This document shows positions 29,394 through 39,109 of a DNA stretch of 64,000 nt, piece by piece. The translations under genes were made by a program, and so were the position numbers. The DNA lies in NCBI GenBank assembly GCA_004557975.1, contig SFEV01000007.1, positions 2,514 through 66,513 of the forward strand, in the 5' to 3' direction. This DNA is from Lachnospiraceae bacterium. Its GTDB lineage: Bacteria > Bacillota > Clostridia > Lachnospirales > Lachnospiraceae. How positions within the stretch are numbered: the first letter of the stretch is position 1; every line of letters begins with the position of its first letter. The notes beneath the pieces are model-generated. The model did not search any database. It was not told the DNA's origin and saw only the letters and a program-made list of their open reading frames with translations.

Positions 29394-31205
29394 TTGGACG
29401 GAATAAATCAAAAGGGATTTCCGGAGGAACAGTATCCGGAAAATGATATTTCTGTTGAGGCGGAGAACAGAATCAAAAATCTGATGTGGACAGTCAGCGG
29501 AGATTACCGGCTTGATACGAAACTTGATGTATCGTCCTACTCGCGGTCAAAATATATCGCCATGTATGATGCTGTCAAGCAGGGAGCTTTCGCCAGGTTT
29601 TTTGATCAGAATGTTCTGGCTGTGTACCTGGTGAAGAAAATTTACTATGGCGCCCAGGAACGTTCTCTGACAGAGATTGCACAGCTCTGTGTGGATGCGG
29701 CAGTCTGCCGGAAAATTGCGGCAGAGCGCCCCGGCGTGCCGGAATTGCGCAGAAAAGCATTCTCAGACCTGCTTGAGCTTTCTTTCCGGAGGATGGCTTC
29801 ATCGCTTCCGGGAAGAATCAAGATCGCCATGCTGAAAAGCTTTCTTGACGGGGAGTATACCGGTGAAAAGAAAATCATGGAAGCCCTTTCAAAGATTACC
29901 TCCCTTGAGACGAGCGAAAATGTCATGGATCTGGTGCGTGTGACGGATGAGCTGTACAATACGCTGAATGACCAGAGTTTCGAAAAAAAACACGGTGATC
30001 TGGAACATGTACTTGCTGTCACGATGGAAGAACTTCAGGAATTTGACTGGAAGGATTTTCTGGAGGAGGAGATGACAGAGGATCTTCTGGAACGGTATCT
30101 GAATCGCATGAACAGTCAGGTGACGAGTCTTCAGGAAGAGGAGGATCAGGAGGACAGACCACGGTCGGGAAAGCACAGGGTCGTGCTGATCGACGAGGCA
30201 GCGGCGGCCAAAATGTATTCGTATATGGAGCTGAACTACGGGAAATCCTATCTTCCGAAGCGGGAGCAGGAGCGGCTGAACCAACGCCTCTGCCGCGGTG
30301 CACACGCGGACTGCAGCCTGTACCTGACAGACGGTATTCTGCGAAATCCCGTTCTTTCCAATGCGCAGTACGTCAATGCGAAGCGCCATGCGGAGAAAAA
30401 CAGGACATTATTCCGCAACAGCCGCAATATGATGGCGCGTAACATTGAGCAGCTGACAGATGAGCTGAAGCGTTCCCTGAATCGCAGAAGTGAGCCGGAG
30501 CAGAACGCATCCTGGTCAGGAGACATAGTTCCGCGTCTGCTATGGAAGGTGGGCAGAACGGAAAATCCCGGAAAGCTGTTTCAGAAGACAGAAAAAAGAA
30601 ATACTTCGCAGTTTGTTGTGGATATTCTGATGGATGCCAGCGGATCACAGCGCAGGCGGCAGAGTCAGGTGGCTCTGCAGGCATATATGATCAGTGAAGC
30701 GCTGAGCAACAATGGAGTTCCTCACCGGATTACCGGCTTCTGCAGTTTCTGGGATTATACGATTCTGCAGCGATTCCGGGAGTACGATGCGCCGCGGGAA
30801 GAAAATCTCAGGATTCTTGATTTTGTGACTTCCTCAAACAACAGGGACGGTCTTGCCATCCGGGCAGTGGGAGATTCACTTCTGCAGCGCCAGGAGGAGG
30901 GGAAAATCCTGATCGTGCTAAGCGACGGGAAACCAAATGATATCATCGTCAACCGTCCCAACTGCAGGAACCCGAAGCCGTACTGCGGGGAATATGCAGT
31001 GAAAGATACGGCATTCGAAATCCGGAAGCTGCGCAGCAGCGGTGTCTGTGTGCTGGGGGTATTTACCGGAAGAGAGAAAGAGCTGATGGCGGAGAAGAAA
31101 ATATTCGGCAGGGATTTCGCGTATATCCGCAATATTGAGGATTTCTCAAAAGTGGTCGGGCGCTATCTGCGAAAGCTGCTGGAGGAGGATTCGGCCAATT
31201 TCTGA
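29394..31205 (+). CDS. NorD/CbbO-like vWA domain protein
   Basis: C-terminal vWA with MIDAS DASGS, NNRDG and LSDGKP; TTG start after GAGGTG. Confidence 0.8.
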   Translation: MDGINQKGFPEEQYPENDISVEAENRIKNLMWTVSGDYRLDTKLDVSSYSRSKYIAMYDAVKQGAFARFFDQNVLAVYLVKKIYYGAQERSLTEIAQLCVDAAVCRKIAAERPGVPELRRKAFSDLLELSFRRMASSLPGRIKIAMLKSFLDGEYTGEKKIMEALSKITSLETSENVMDLVRVTDELYNTLNDQSFEKKHGDLEHVLAVTMEELQEFDWKDFLEEEMTEDLLERYLNRMNSQVTSLQEEEDQEDRPRSGKHRVVLIDEAAAAKMYSYMELNYGKSYLPKREQERLNQRLCRGAHADCSLYLTDGILRNPVLSNAQYVNAKRHAEKNRTLFRNSRNMMARNIEQLTDELKRSLNRRSEPEQNASWSGDIVPRLLWKVGRTENPGKLFQKTEKRNTSQFVVDILMDASGSQRRRQSQVALQAYMISEALSNNGVPHRITGFCSFWDYTILQRFREYDAPREENLRILDFVTSSNNRDGLAIRAVGDSLLQRQEEGKILIVLSDGKPNDIIVNRPNCRNPKPYCGEYAVKDTAFEIRKLRSSGVCVLGVFTGREKELMAEKKIFGRDFAYIRNIEDFSKVVGRYLRKLLEEDSANF

Positions 31206-31233
31206 CACGGTATGACTGTTGTCGGAAAAGGTC

Positions 31234-31262
31234 TTGCGAAAAGTATGCAGTTAGATTACAAT
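31234..31262 (+). promoter_or_regulatory. sigma-A-type promoter for mrp
   Basis: TTGCGA-17 nt-TACAAT. Confidence 0.55.
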
Positions 31263-31305
31263 ATAAGAAATGTGTGCACAGAAAGCAGAAAAAGGAGGAA
31301 AAAAC

Positions 31306-32169
31306 ATGGCAGACAAATCATGCAGCAATTCCGGCTGCAGCAAAGAGAGCTGTGAGGGCTGCCCCAGTGCAAATCAGCCACAGAGCTTTCTTGAAGAAAT
31401 GAATATTTACTCTGAAATAAAACACGTGGTAGGTATCGTCAGCGGAAAAGGTGGTGTCGGCAAATCCATGGTGACAGCGTCCCTTGCCAATCTTCTGGCT
31501 TCCAAAGGATACCGTGTCGGTATTCTGGATGCAGACATCACAGGTCCGTCTATTCCGAGAATGTACGGGCTGACCGGTCCGGCAGAGGCGGACGATGAAG
31601 GGATTTATCCGGTGCTGACAGAAAATGGAATTAAAGTGATGTCGATCAATCTTCTGATGCCGGATCCTGAGACTCCGATTATCTGGAGAGGACCTGTGAT
31701 TGCAAATATGATCAAGCAGTTCTGGAAGGACGTGATCTGGGGAGAGCTGGATTACCTTCTTGTGGATATGCCTCCTGGAACAGGCGATGTTCCTCTTACC
31801 GTGTTCCAGTCTCTTCCGGTGGACGGAATTATGGTTGTGACGACTCCGCAGGATCTCGTTAAGATGATCGTGAAAAAGGCCTACAATATGGCCCAGACCA
31901 TGCATGTTCCGGTGCTGTCTCTGATTGAGAATTTCAGCTACGTGGTATGTCCGGACTGCGGAAAAGAGATTCCGGTGTTCGGAGAAAGCAAAATTGACGA
32001 GGTTTCTGATGAGATGAACGTGCTGGTGGGAGGAAAGATGCCGATCGATCCGAAGCTGGTGGAACTGTCCGACGCAGGAGAGTTCGCAAAGGCTGAGAAC
32101 CCATATCTCCAGGTGGCGTATGAGACGCTGATGCTTCTCAGGCTTAAGGAGAAAGAAAACGCGGAATAG
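31306..32169 (+). CDS. Mrp/NBP35 Fe-S cluster carrier ATPase
   Basis: Cys-rich N-terminus; motifs SGKGGVGKS, DADITGPS, WRGP, DMPPGTGD and CPDC. Confidence 0.93.
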   Translation: MADKSCSNSGCSKESCEGCPSANQPQSFLEEMNIYSEIKHVVGIVSGKGGVGKSMVTASLANLLASKGYRVGILDADITGPSIPRMYGLTGPAEADDEGIYPVLTENGIKVMSINLLMPDPETPIIWRGPVIANMIKQFWKDVIWGELDYLLVDMPPGTGDVPLTVFQSLPVDGIMVVTTPQDLVKMIVKKAYNMAQTMHVPVLSLIENFSYVVCPDCGKEIPVFGESKIDEVSDEMNVLVGGKMPIDPKLVELSDAGEFAKAENPYLQVAYETLMLLRLKEKENAE

Positions 32170-32247
32170 ATAACGTAATAAAAGAAAATCTGCTGATTAA
32201 CCAGAAAAGAAAAGGCAACACTCCAGGATAACAGGAGGGTTGCCTTT

Positions 32248-32919
32248 ATGCATGTCAAACATAAGCTTCACAAAAGTATATTTCACAAAAACAGAAGTCT
32301 GTCTGCCGGTCTGTCATTGAAAAAACAGACTGTATGCACCGTGTTTTTCTGCCTTGTATTCTCACTGCTTCTCCATATGGCCGCTGCTGCCGCACACCGT
32401 CAGCTCCTTCAGCAGGGAATTGCGGAGGAGGTGCTGCGGTTCCATGTGCTTGCCAACAGTGATTCCAAAACAGATCAGGATATCAAATATCTCGTAAGAG
32501 ACGAAATCCTCTCCTGGCTGGAGCAGGAGACATCACAGGAACAGACGAGAGAAGACATGGTGCAGTTTCTGGCTTCGCATCTGCAGGAGATTACAGCCGT
32601 CTCTGACCGTGTGCTTGTATCGCAGGGTGTGCCGTATCGCTCATCAGTCAGAATGGAAAAGTGTTATTTTCCGGAACGGACGTACGGCTCCTGTACATTC
32701 CCTGCGGGCTGGTATGAATCCCTGCGGATCTGTCTCGGAAATGCTTCCGGGCAGAACTGGTGGTGTGTTCTGTTTCCTAAGCTGTGCTTTGCGGACTGTC
32801 TTCACGCAGTTGTGGGGGAAGAGCAGCAGAAAGAACTGCAGGAGCTTCTGACAGCAGAAGAATATGAGAGTCTGCTGCGCCATCCAGACCGGTGGAAGAT
32901 ATCATTCCGGTGGTTCTGA
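32248..32919 (+). CDS. spoIIR: stage II sporulation protein R
   Basis: Motifs LRFHVLANSDS..DQ, FP.RTYG, G.YESLR..LG..SGQNWWCVLFP.LC. Confidence 0.92.
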   Translation: MHVKHKLHKSIFHKNRSLSAGLSLKKQTVCTVFFCLVFSLLLHMAAAAAHRQLLQQGIAEEVLRFHVLANSDSKTDQDIKYLVRDEILSWLEQETSQEQTREDMVQFLASHLQEITAVSDRVLVSQGVPYRSSVRMEKCYFPERTYGSCTFPAGWYESLRICLGNASGQNWWCVLFPKLCFADCLHAVVGEEQQKELQELLTAEEYESLLRHPDRWKISFRWF

Positions 32920-32921
32920 TG

Positions 32922-32953
32922 TAACCGAATCAAGTAAGTCCCCCACTTCAAAT
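32922..32953. repeat. isolated end of the 122-bp miniature element
   Basis: TAACCGAATCAAGTAAGTCCCCCACTTCAAAT is the exact reverse complement of 25016-25047. Confidence 0.8.
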
Positions 32954-32980
32954 ACGCTAAACTAAATATTAAAGGACATA

Positions 32981-33538
32981 TTACAGCGATGGTTCCGGAT
33001 CAACCGGCGTCAGAGCACCTGTCACAGAATCCATGACGTATCCACGGATACAGACATCCTTCGGGATGAGCGGGTGCTCCCGGAGCTCTTCCACTGTGGA
33101 GGCAACCGACTCCTCAGGACTGTCAAAGCCGCCCAGCCACTTGCGGAAATCTATACCGCTGTATTTGAGCATGTTGATGTCCCGCTGCTGGATTCCACGC
33201 TCTAGCATCAGATGAACCATCTCATCGCCATCCATGCCCTGGCAGCCGCAGTCGGTATGTCCTATGACCATAACCTCAGTCACGCCCAGCTCAAGAATTG
33301 CAACAAGGAGGCTGCGCACCACGCTGCCGTAAGGATGAGTGATGACACCACCCGCATTTTTGATGATTTTTGCATCGCCGTTTTTGATGCCAAGTGCGGC
33401 AGGAAGCAGTTCCACAAGGCGTGTGTCCATACAGGCAAGAATCGCCAGCTTTTTGTCCGGATATTTGCTGGTCGTATACTGCTCATATTTTTTTTCTTCC
33501 ACAAATTTTCTGTTGTACTCAAGAATGTTCTCGATCAT
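32981..33538 (-). CDS. beta-class carbonic anhydrase
   Basis: Motifs CMDTR, KNAGG and HTDCG. Confidence 0.92.
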   Translation of the reverse strand: MIENILEYNRKFVEEKKYEQYTTSKYPDKKLAILACMDTRLVELLPAALGIKNGDAKIIKNAGGVITHPYGSVVRSLLVAILELGVTEVMVIGHTDCGCQGMDGDEMVHLMLERGIQQRDINMLKYSGIDFRKWLGGFDSPEESVASTVEELREHPLIPKDVCIRGYVMDSVTGALTPVDPEPSL

Positions 33539-33612
33539 AGTAATCTCCTTTCTTTATTGTAATCGCCTTCCTTTACAGAACCGTACCGGTTATCATCCGA
33601 CATTTCACATTC

Positions 33613-35442
33613 TCAGTTTTTATTTTTAAAACTGGCGCGCTTTCTGAGCGTCGGATCCAGAATCTTTTTGCGGATGCGCAGGCTCTTCGGCGTAACCTCC
33701 AGCAGCTCGTCCGTGTCAATAAATTCCAGCGCCTGCTCCAGACTGAGGATTTTGGGCGGTGTCAGCTTCAGCGCCTCATCGGAGCCTGACGCACGAGTGT
33801 TCGTCAGATGCTTCGTCTTGCAGACGTTCAGCTCGATATCCTCCGGCTTTGCACTCTGTCCGATGACCATACCGGAATAGACCTTTTCACCAGGTCCGAT
33901 GAACAGGGTACCGCGGTCCTGGGCGTTGAAAAGACCGTACGCGACGGATTCACCGGATTCAAAGGCGATCAGGGAACCCTGGCTGCGGTACTGCAGGTCT
34001 CCCTTGTAAGGACCGTAACCGTCAAAAATTGTATTCATGACACCGTTTCCTTTTGTGTCGGTCAGAAATTCTCCGCGGTAGCCGATCAGGCCGCGGGAAG
34101 GAATGCTGAACTCCAGACGGGTATATCCGCCCTGTCCCAGGCTCATGCCCTGCAGCTCGCCCTTACGCAGGCTGAGCTTCTGGATGACCGTGCCGGAAAA
34201 CTCCTCCGGTACATCAATGTATGCCAGCTCCATGGGCTCAAGTCGTTTCCCGCGCTCGTCCGTCTTGTAAATAACCTCGGCTTTGCTGACTGCGAACTCG
34301 TAGCCCTCACGGCGCATGGTCTCGATCAGAATGGAGAGATGCAGCTCACCACGTCCCGAAACCTTGAATGTATCGGCATCCTCCGTCTCCTCGACGCGCA
34401 GGCTGACATCTGTGTTCAGCTCACGGAAGAGTCTGTCGCGCAGATGGCGGGAAGTGACGAATTTACCTTCTTTTCCTGCCAGAGGACTGTCATTGACGAT
34501 AAAATTCATGGAAATTGTCGGGTCGGAAATTTTCTGGAACGGGATGGCATCCGGAGCTTCCAGTGCGCACAGTGTATCTCCGATATGGAGGTCCCCGATA
34601 CCTGAGATTGCGACGATGGAACCGATGGTGGCGGAAGTCACATCCACCTTATTCAGACCGTCAAACTCGTAGAGCTTGCTGATCTTTACTTTCTTTTTCT
34701 TGTCAGGCTCGTGATGGTTCACGAGAAGTACCTCCTGGTTTACGGAGATGGAGCCACGGTCTACCTTGCCCACACCGATTCTGCCCACGTACTCATTGTA
34801 GTCAATGGTACTGATCAGCACCTGGGTAGGACCATTTTCGTCCCCCTGGGGAGCCGGGATGTAGTTCAGGATCGTCTCAAAGAGCGGCTCCATATTGACC
34901 GGTTTGTCATTTGGATCAAGGACTGCGTAGCCGGCCTTTGCCGATGCGTAGACGAAAGGACAGTCCAGCTGCTCATCGGAGGCATCAAGTTCGATAAAGA
35001 GCTCAAGCACCTCGTCGATCACCTCACTGGGCCGTGCCTCAGGTCTGTCAATTTTGTTGATACATACTATGACAGGGAGATCCAGCTCCAGAGCCTTGCG
35101 CAGAACAAATTTTGTCTGGGGCATGGCACCCTCGAAAGCGTCGACCACAAGGATGACACCGTTCACCATTTTCAGTACGCGCTCCACTTCACCGCCGAAA
35201 TCTGCGTGTCCGGGAGTGTCGATGATATTGATTTTCGTATTCTTATAAACAACAGCAGTATTTTTTGAAAGGATTGTGATACCGCGCTCCCGCTCCAGAT
35301 CGTTGGAGTCCATGACGCGCTCCGCAACCTCCTGATTTTCACGGAAAACACCGCTCTGCTTGAGCAGCTCATCCACGAGAGTGGTCTTGCCGTGGTCTAC
35401 GTGTGCAATGATAGCGATATTTCTTACATCTTCTCTGATCAT
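33613..35442 (-). CDS. typA: translational GTPase TypA/BipA
   Basis: Motifs NIAIIAHVDHGKTTLVD, DTPGHADFGGEVER, GRGELHL and LTNTRASG. Confidence 0.97.
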   Translation of the reverse strand: MIREDVRNIAIIAHVDHGKTTLVDELLKQSGVFRENQEVAERVMDSNDLERERGITILSKNTAVVYKNTKINIIDTPGHADFGGEVERVLKMVNGVILVVDAFEGAMPQTKFVLRKALELDLPVIVCINKIDRPEARPSEVIDEVLELFIELDASDEQLDCPFVYASAKAGYAVLDPNDKPVNMEPLFETILNYIPAPQGDENGPTQVLISTIDYNEYVGRIGVGKVDRGSISVNQEVLLVNHHEPDKKKKVKISKLYEFDGLNKVDVTSATIGSIVAISGIGDLHIGDTLCALEAPDAIPFQKISDPTISMNFIVNDSPLAGKEGKFVTSRHLRDRLFRELNTDVSLRVEETEDADTFKVSGRGELHLSILIETMRREGYEFAVSKAEVIYKTDERGKRLEPMELAYIDVPEEFSGTVIQKLSLRKGELQGMSLGQGGYTRLEFSIPSRGLIGYRGEFLTDTKGNGVMNTIFDGYGPYKGDLQYRSQGSLIAFESGESVAYGLFNAQDRGTLFIGPGEKVYSGMVIGQSAKPEDIELNVCKTKHLTNTRASGSDEALKLTPPKILSLEQALEFIDTDELLEVTPKSLRIRKKILDPTLRKRASFKNKN

Positions 35443-35643
35443 ACAAATTCTCTCTCTTCTTATATTAATAGCCCTTTTTTAACATCGTACAGTTTATCAC
35501 AATTTCTGCAGATTACAAGCGGATGATATAAAAAAAATAAAAAATTTCAAAAAACAGTTCTAAACACAGGAGTGGCCGAATAAAAATGAATATATCAATA
35601 CAAGAAGAGATACTTCGTTTGAAGGAAGGGAGAACAAAGATTT

Positions 35644-36270
35644 ATGACAGACAAGATAATTGAAAACAATCAGGTATCCATCATGGGGAAAATTGTATCC
35701 GGATTTTCATTCAGTCATGAGGTGTTCGGAGAGGGCTTCTACATGGTGGATATTTCCGTGCAGAGACTCAGCGATTCCTCGGATATTATTCCGGTGATGA
35801 TCTCCGAGAGGCTGGTCGATGTTACACAGGATTATGTGGGAGAGTACATACAGATTTTCGGACAATTCCGTTCCTATAACAGACATGAAGAAAAGAAGAA
35901 CCGTCTCGTCCTCTCTGTGTTCGCAAGAGAAGTCAGCTTTGTGGAGGAGGAGTGTGACAAGGTGAAGAGTAATCAGATCTTTCTGGACGGCTATATCTGC
36001 AAGACACCCGTCTACCGCAGGACTCCGCTTGGCCGTGAGATTGCTGATATGCTGCTGGCTGTAAACCGGCCCTACGGCAAATCAGATTACATTCCCTGTA
36101 TCTGCTGGGGAAGAAATGCAAGGTTTACCTCCGGATTCGAGGTGGGCGGCCACGTACAGGTATGGGGAAGGATCCAGAGCCGCGAATATGTGAAAAAGCT
36201 GGAGGATGAGACCACCGAGAAGCGGGTGGCATATGAAGTTTCTGTCAGCAAGCTGGAATATCTTGAATAG
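35644..36270 (+). CDS. clostridial tandem-OB single-stranded DNA-binding protein
   Basis: FSHEVFGEGFY, GQFRSYN, YRRTPLGREI, SDYIPCICWGRNA and GRIQSREY. Confidence 0.85.
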   Translation: MTDKIIENNQVSIMGKIVSGFSFSHEVFGEGFYMVDISVQRLSDSSDIIPVMISERLVDVTQDYVGEYIQIFGQFRSYNRHEEKKNRLVLSVFAREVSFVEEECDKVKSNQIFLDGYICKTPVYRRTPLGREIADMLLAVNRPYGKSDYIPCICWGRNARFTSGFEVGGHVQVWGRIQSREYVKKLEDETTEKRVAYEVSVSKLEYLE

Positions 36271-36411
36271 GAGTAGTACGGAACAGATACGAATAAGATT
36301 GCATTCTGGGGGAAGATGTAGTAAAATGTAAAAGATTGAGAAAGATTACATGGGCAGCAGAACATATCACGCGGGAGCGTACATTTTGCTGCGGAATGGA
36401 TGAGGTGAAAG

Positions 36412-36903
36412 ATGAGCGGACGATCAATACACATATTCTGTGGTACGGGTACGGGCAAAACATCTGCAGCTCTCGGCAAGGGAATCCGTGAGGCAAGTGT
36501 CGGCAAAAATGTCATTCTGATTCAGTTCCTGAAGGAAAAACAGGCACATGGCAGTATGGATTTTTTCAAGCGTCTGGAGCCGGAGGTGAGGCTGTTTCGG
36601 TTTGAAAAGTTCCCTGAGAATTATGAGAGCCTGACAGAGCGCGAGCAGGAAGATGAGATTCAGAATATCAAGAACGGGCTGAATTTTGCAAAAAAAGTAC
36701 TTGTGACAGAGGAGTGCGATGTCCTGATTCTCGATGAAATACTTGGTCTGACGGAGAAGGGGATTGTATCTATTGACGAAATCCGCAGCCTTATTGACGC
36801 TGTGGGAGACGAGACCGAACTGTATCTGACCGGTACCTGCAGATGCGAGGAGCTGTGGCCGTACGTGGACGAGGTAACGGAGCTGATTACGCAGAATGTC
36901 TGA
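36412..36903 (+). CDS. cob(I)yrinic acid a,c-diamide adenosyltransferase (CobO/BtuR family)
   Basis: Motifs IHIFCGTGTGKTSAALG, IQFLK, ILDEI and LYLTG. Confidence 0.82.
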   Translation: MSGRSIHIFCGTGTGKTSAALGKGIREASVGKNVILIQFLKEKQAHGSMDFFKRLEPEVRLFRFEKFPENYESLTEREQEDEIQNIKNGLNFAKKVLVTEECDVLILDEILGLTEKGIVSIDEIRSLIDAVGDETELYLTGTCRCEELWPYVDEVTELITQNV

Positions 36904-36988
36904 TTCCTGCTTCGGTTACCGTATTGTCTGTTCTGTTTTTCAGGGCTGATGATGAATTTTTCGGTGGTACAGTTTTCGTAAAAAAACG

Positions 36989-37017
36989 TTGACAAGCATA
37001 AATCATGATGATATAGT
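36989..37017 (+). promoter_or_regulatory. sigma-A promoter upstream of the lysine riboswitch
   Basis: TTGACA-17 nt-TATAGT. Confidence 0.7.
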
Positions 37018-37094
37018 AGGGAAAGTTAGAGAGCGCGGAAGGCAGTATGCAGCAGTGTATTGCAGTTTGTGGTTTCTGACTGATTTATAATAAT

Positions 37095-37258
37095 GATAGA
37101 GGTTGCGCAATTCATGAGTATTCTGCAGGATGTGTTCAGGCACAGGGGATCGCAGGGGAAAGGGGAAAGCGCCGAAGGAGACAGCTCCTGACAGTTGTTT
37201 TCCTGGGCATATGGTGAAGAATCATATGACTGTCATCGTATTGCGATGGAGGGCTATC
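37095..37258 (+). ncRNA. lysine (L-box) riboswitch aptamer
   Basis: GATAGAGGTTGCG..ATGAGTA..GAAAGGGG..CGCCGAA..CTGGGC..ACTGTC..GGAGGGCTATC with P1 GATAG/CTATC; lies upstream of dapA-dapB-lysC. Confidence 0.92.
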
Positions 37259-37286
37259 TGGGGGAAACATTACGTTGTATTTCTTT

Positions 37287-37313
37287 GGGGACTGCCTTTT
37301 GACAGTCCCTTTT
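37287..37313 (+). terminator. riboswitch expression-platform terminator
   Basis: GGGGACTG...CAGTCCC followed by TTTT. Confidence 0.8.
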
Positions 37314-37380
37314 ATATCGCAGAGGTGTACCGTTTAGCCTTCCGGTCAGGGAATATTACATATCAGTAAGGAGGAACAGT

Positions 37381-38265
37381 ATGGCTATTTTTAAAGGCGC
37401 AGGCGTTGCAATTGTAACACCCATGTATGAGGATGGAACGGTAAATTACGATAAACTCGGTGAGCTCCTGGAGGAGCAGATTGCGGGAAAAACAGATGCA
37501 ATTATTATCTGTGGGACGACAGGTGAGTCTTCCACACTGACCCATGAGGAGCATGTGGATGTAATCAGGTATGCAGTTGAGAAGGTGGCAAAGAGGATTC
37601 CTGTCATTGCAGGAACAGGTTCCAACTGCACAGATACGGCGATTTATCTGTCACAGGAGGCAGAGAAGGCCGGTGCTGACGGGCTTCTGCTCGTTACTCC
37701 GTACTACAACAAGGCCACGCAGAACGGTCTGATCCGTCATTATACAATGATTGCGGACTCAGTGACACTTCCGATCATTCTTTATAACGTCCCCAGCAGA
37801 ACAGGCTGTGCCCTTGCGCCGGAGACCATTGCGCATCTCGTAAAGAATGTGAAGAACATCGTGGGAGTAAAAGAAGCGTCAGGCAATATTTCCAACGTTG
37901 CAAAGCTGATGAGCCTGGTGGACGGGGAGATTGACCTGTACTCCGGCAATGATGATCAGGTGGTACCGATTCTGGCTCTTGGAGGTATCGGAGTGATCTC
38001 CGTGCTTTCCAATATTGCTCCGGAGCAGACGCACAATATCGTTGCATCCTGGCTGGAGGGTGATGTACAGAAGAGCTGCCGTCTTCAGCTTGAGGCCATC
38101 GAGCTTATTGAAGCTCTGTTCTGTGAAGTGAATCCGATTCCGGTAAAGAAAGCGCTGAATCTTCAGGGCAAGGAAGTCGGACCGCTCCGCGCTCCGCTGT
38201 TTGAGATGGAGGAGAAAAATGCACAGCGTCTGGAGAAGGCCATGAAAGCATACGGAGTTCTGTGA
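37381..38265 (+). CDS. dapA: 4-hydroxy-tetrahydrodipicolinate synthase
   Basis: Motifs GTTGES, PYYNK, YNVPSRT, GVKEAS and NPIPVK. Confidence 0.97.
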   Translation: MAIFKGAGVAIVTPMYEDGTVNYDKLGELLEEQIAGKTDAIIICGTTGESSTLTHEEHVDVIRYAVEKVAKRIPVIAGTGSNCTDTAIYLSQEAEKAGADGLLLVTPYYNKATQNGLIRHYTMIADSVTLPIILYNVPSRTGCALAPETIAHLVKNVKNIVGVKEASGNISNVAKLMSLVDGEIDLYSGNDDQVVPILALGGIGVISVLSNIAPEQTHNIVASWLEGDVQKSCRLQLEAIELIEALFCEVNPIPVKKALNLQGKEVGPLRAPLFEMEEKNAQRLEKAMKAYGVL

Positions 38266-38279
38266 AAGCGAGGATAAAA

Positions 38280-39053
38280 ATGGTTAGAGTAATTATGAGC
38301 GGCTGCAACGGCTATATGGGACGTGTAGTGACAGAGATTATCGCAGCAGATGAAGAGGCAGAGATTGTGGCAGGCATTGATCTTCAGGATAAGGGAGACA
38401 AGACGTATCCTGTCTTTACGGATATTTCCCAGTGTACCGTGGAAGCGGATGCGGTGATTGATTTTTCTTCACCGAAGGCACTGGACGGGCTTCTTACTTA
38501 CTGTGTGGAAAAGCAGGTTCCGGCTATTTTCTGTACGACAGGATATTCTGAGAAGCAGATTGCACAGATCAGAGAAGCGTCACAGAAAGTGGCTGTGATG
38601 AAGTCTGCGAACATGTCGCTCGGCATCAACATGCTGCTGAAGCTGATTCAGGATGCAGCGAAGCTTCTGGCTCCGGCCGGCTTTGACATGGAGATTGTGG
38701 AAAAACATCACAATCTGAAGGTGGACGCGCCCAGCGGTACGGCGCTGGCACTGGCTGACAGCCTGAATGAGGCTCTCGATCAGAAATATGAATATAAATA
38801 TGACAGAAGCCAGGAGCGCAGACGCAGAGACAAGTATGAGATCGGTATCAGCGCAGTGCGGGGAGGCAGCATTGTCGGAGAGCATGAAGTGATTTTTGCC
38901 GGACTTGATGAGGTGATCGAATTCAAGCATACGGCGTATTCAAAGAGTGTTTTTGCCAAAGGCGCTGTGCAGGCCGCAAAGTTTATGGCAGGAAAAACGG
39001 CCGGCTTTTACGATATGAGTGATGTGATTGCCAGTCGTGATGAAGAGCAGTAA
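38280..39053 (+). CDS. dapB: 4-hydroxy-tetrahydrodipicolinate reductase
   Basis: Motifs GCNGYMG, CTTG, SANMSLG, EKHHNLKVDAPSGTA and VRGG.IVGEH. Confidence 0.96.
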   Translation: MVRVIMSGCNGYMGRVVTEIIAADEEAEIVAGIDLQDKGDKTYPVFTDISQCTVEADAVIDFSSPKALDGLLTYCVEKQVPAIFCTTGYSEKQIAQIREASQKVAVMKSANMSLGINMLLKLIQDAAKLLAPAGFDMEIVEKHHNLKVDAPSGTALALADSLNEALDQKYEYKYDRSQERRRRDKYEIGISAVRGGSIVGEHEVIFAGLDEVIEFKHTAYSKSVFAKGAVQAAKFMAGKTAGFYDMSDVIASRDEEQ

Positions 39054-39109
39054 AAGAAAAGAATTTACCATAACACCAGTGTTATAAATTATTTTGGAGG
39101 AACCCGAAG

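Noticed and set aside
28450..31205. Calling the AAA+/vWA pair norQ/norD or cobS/cobT
   Set aside because: No NO reductase or cobN genes nearby; only family-level similarity is supportable
37130..37369. 79-aa ORF upstream of dapA as a leader peptide
   Set aside because: It coincides with the lysine riboswitch and its terminator
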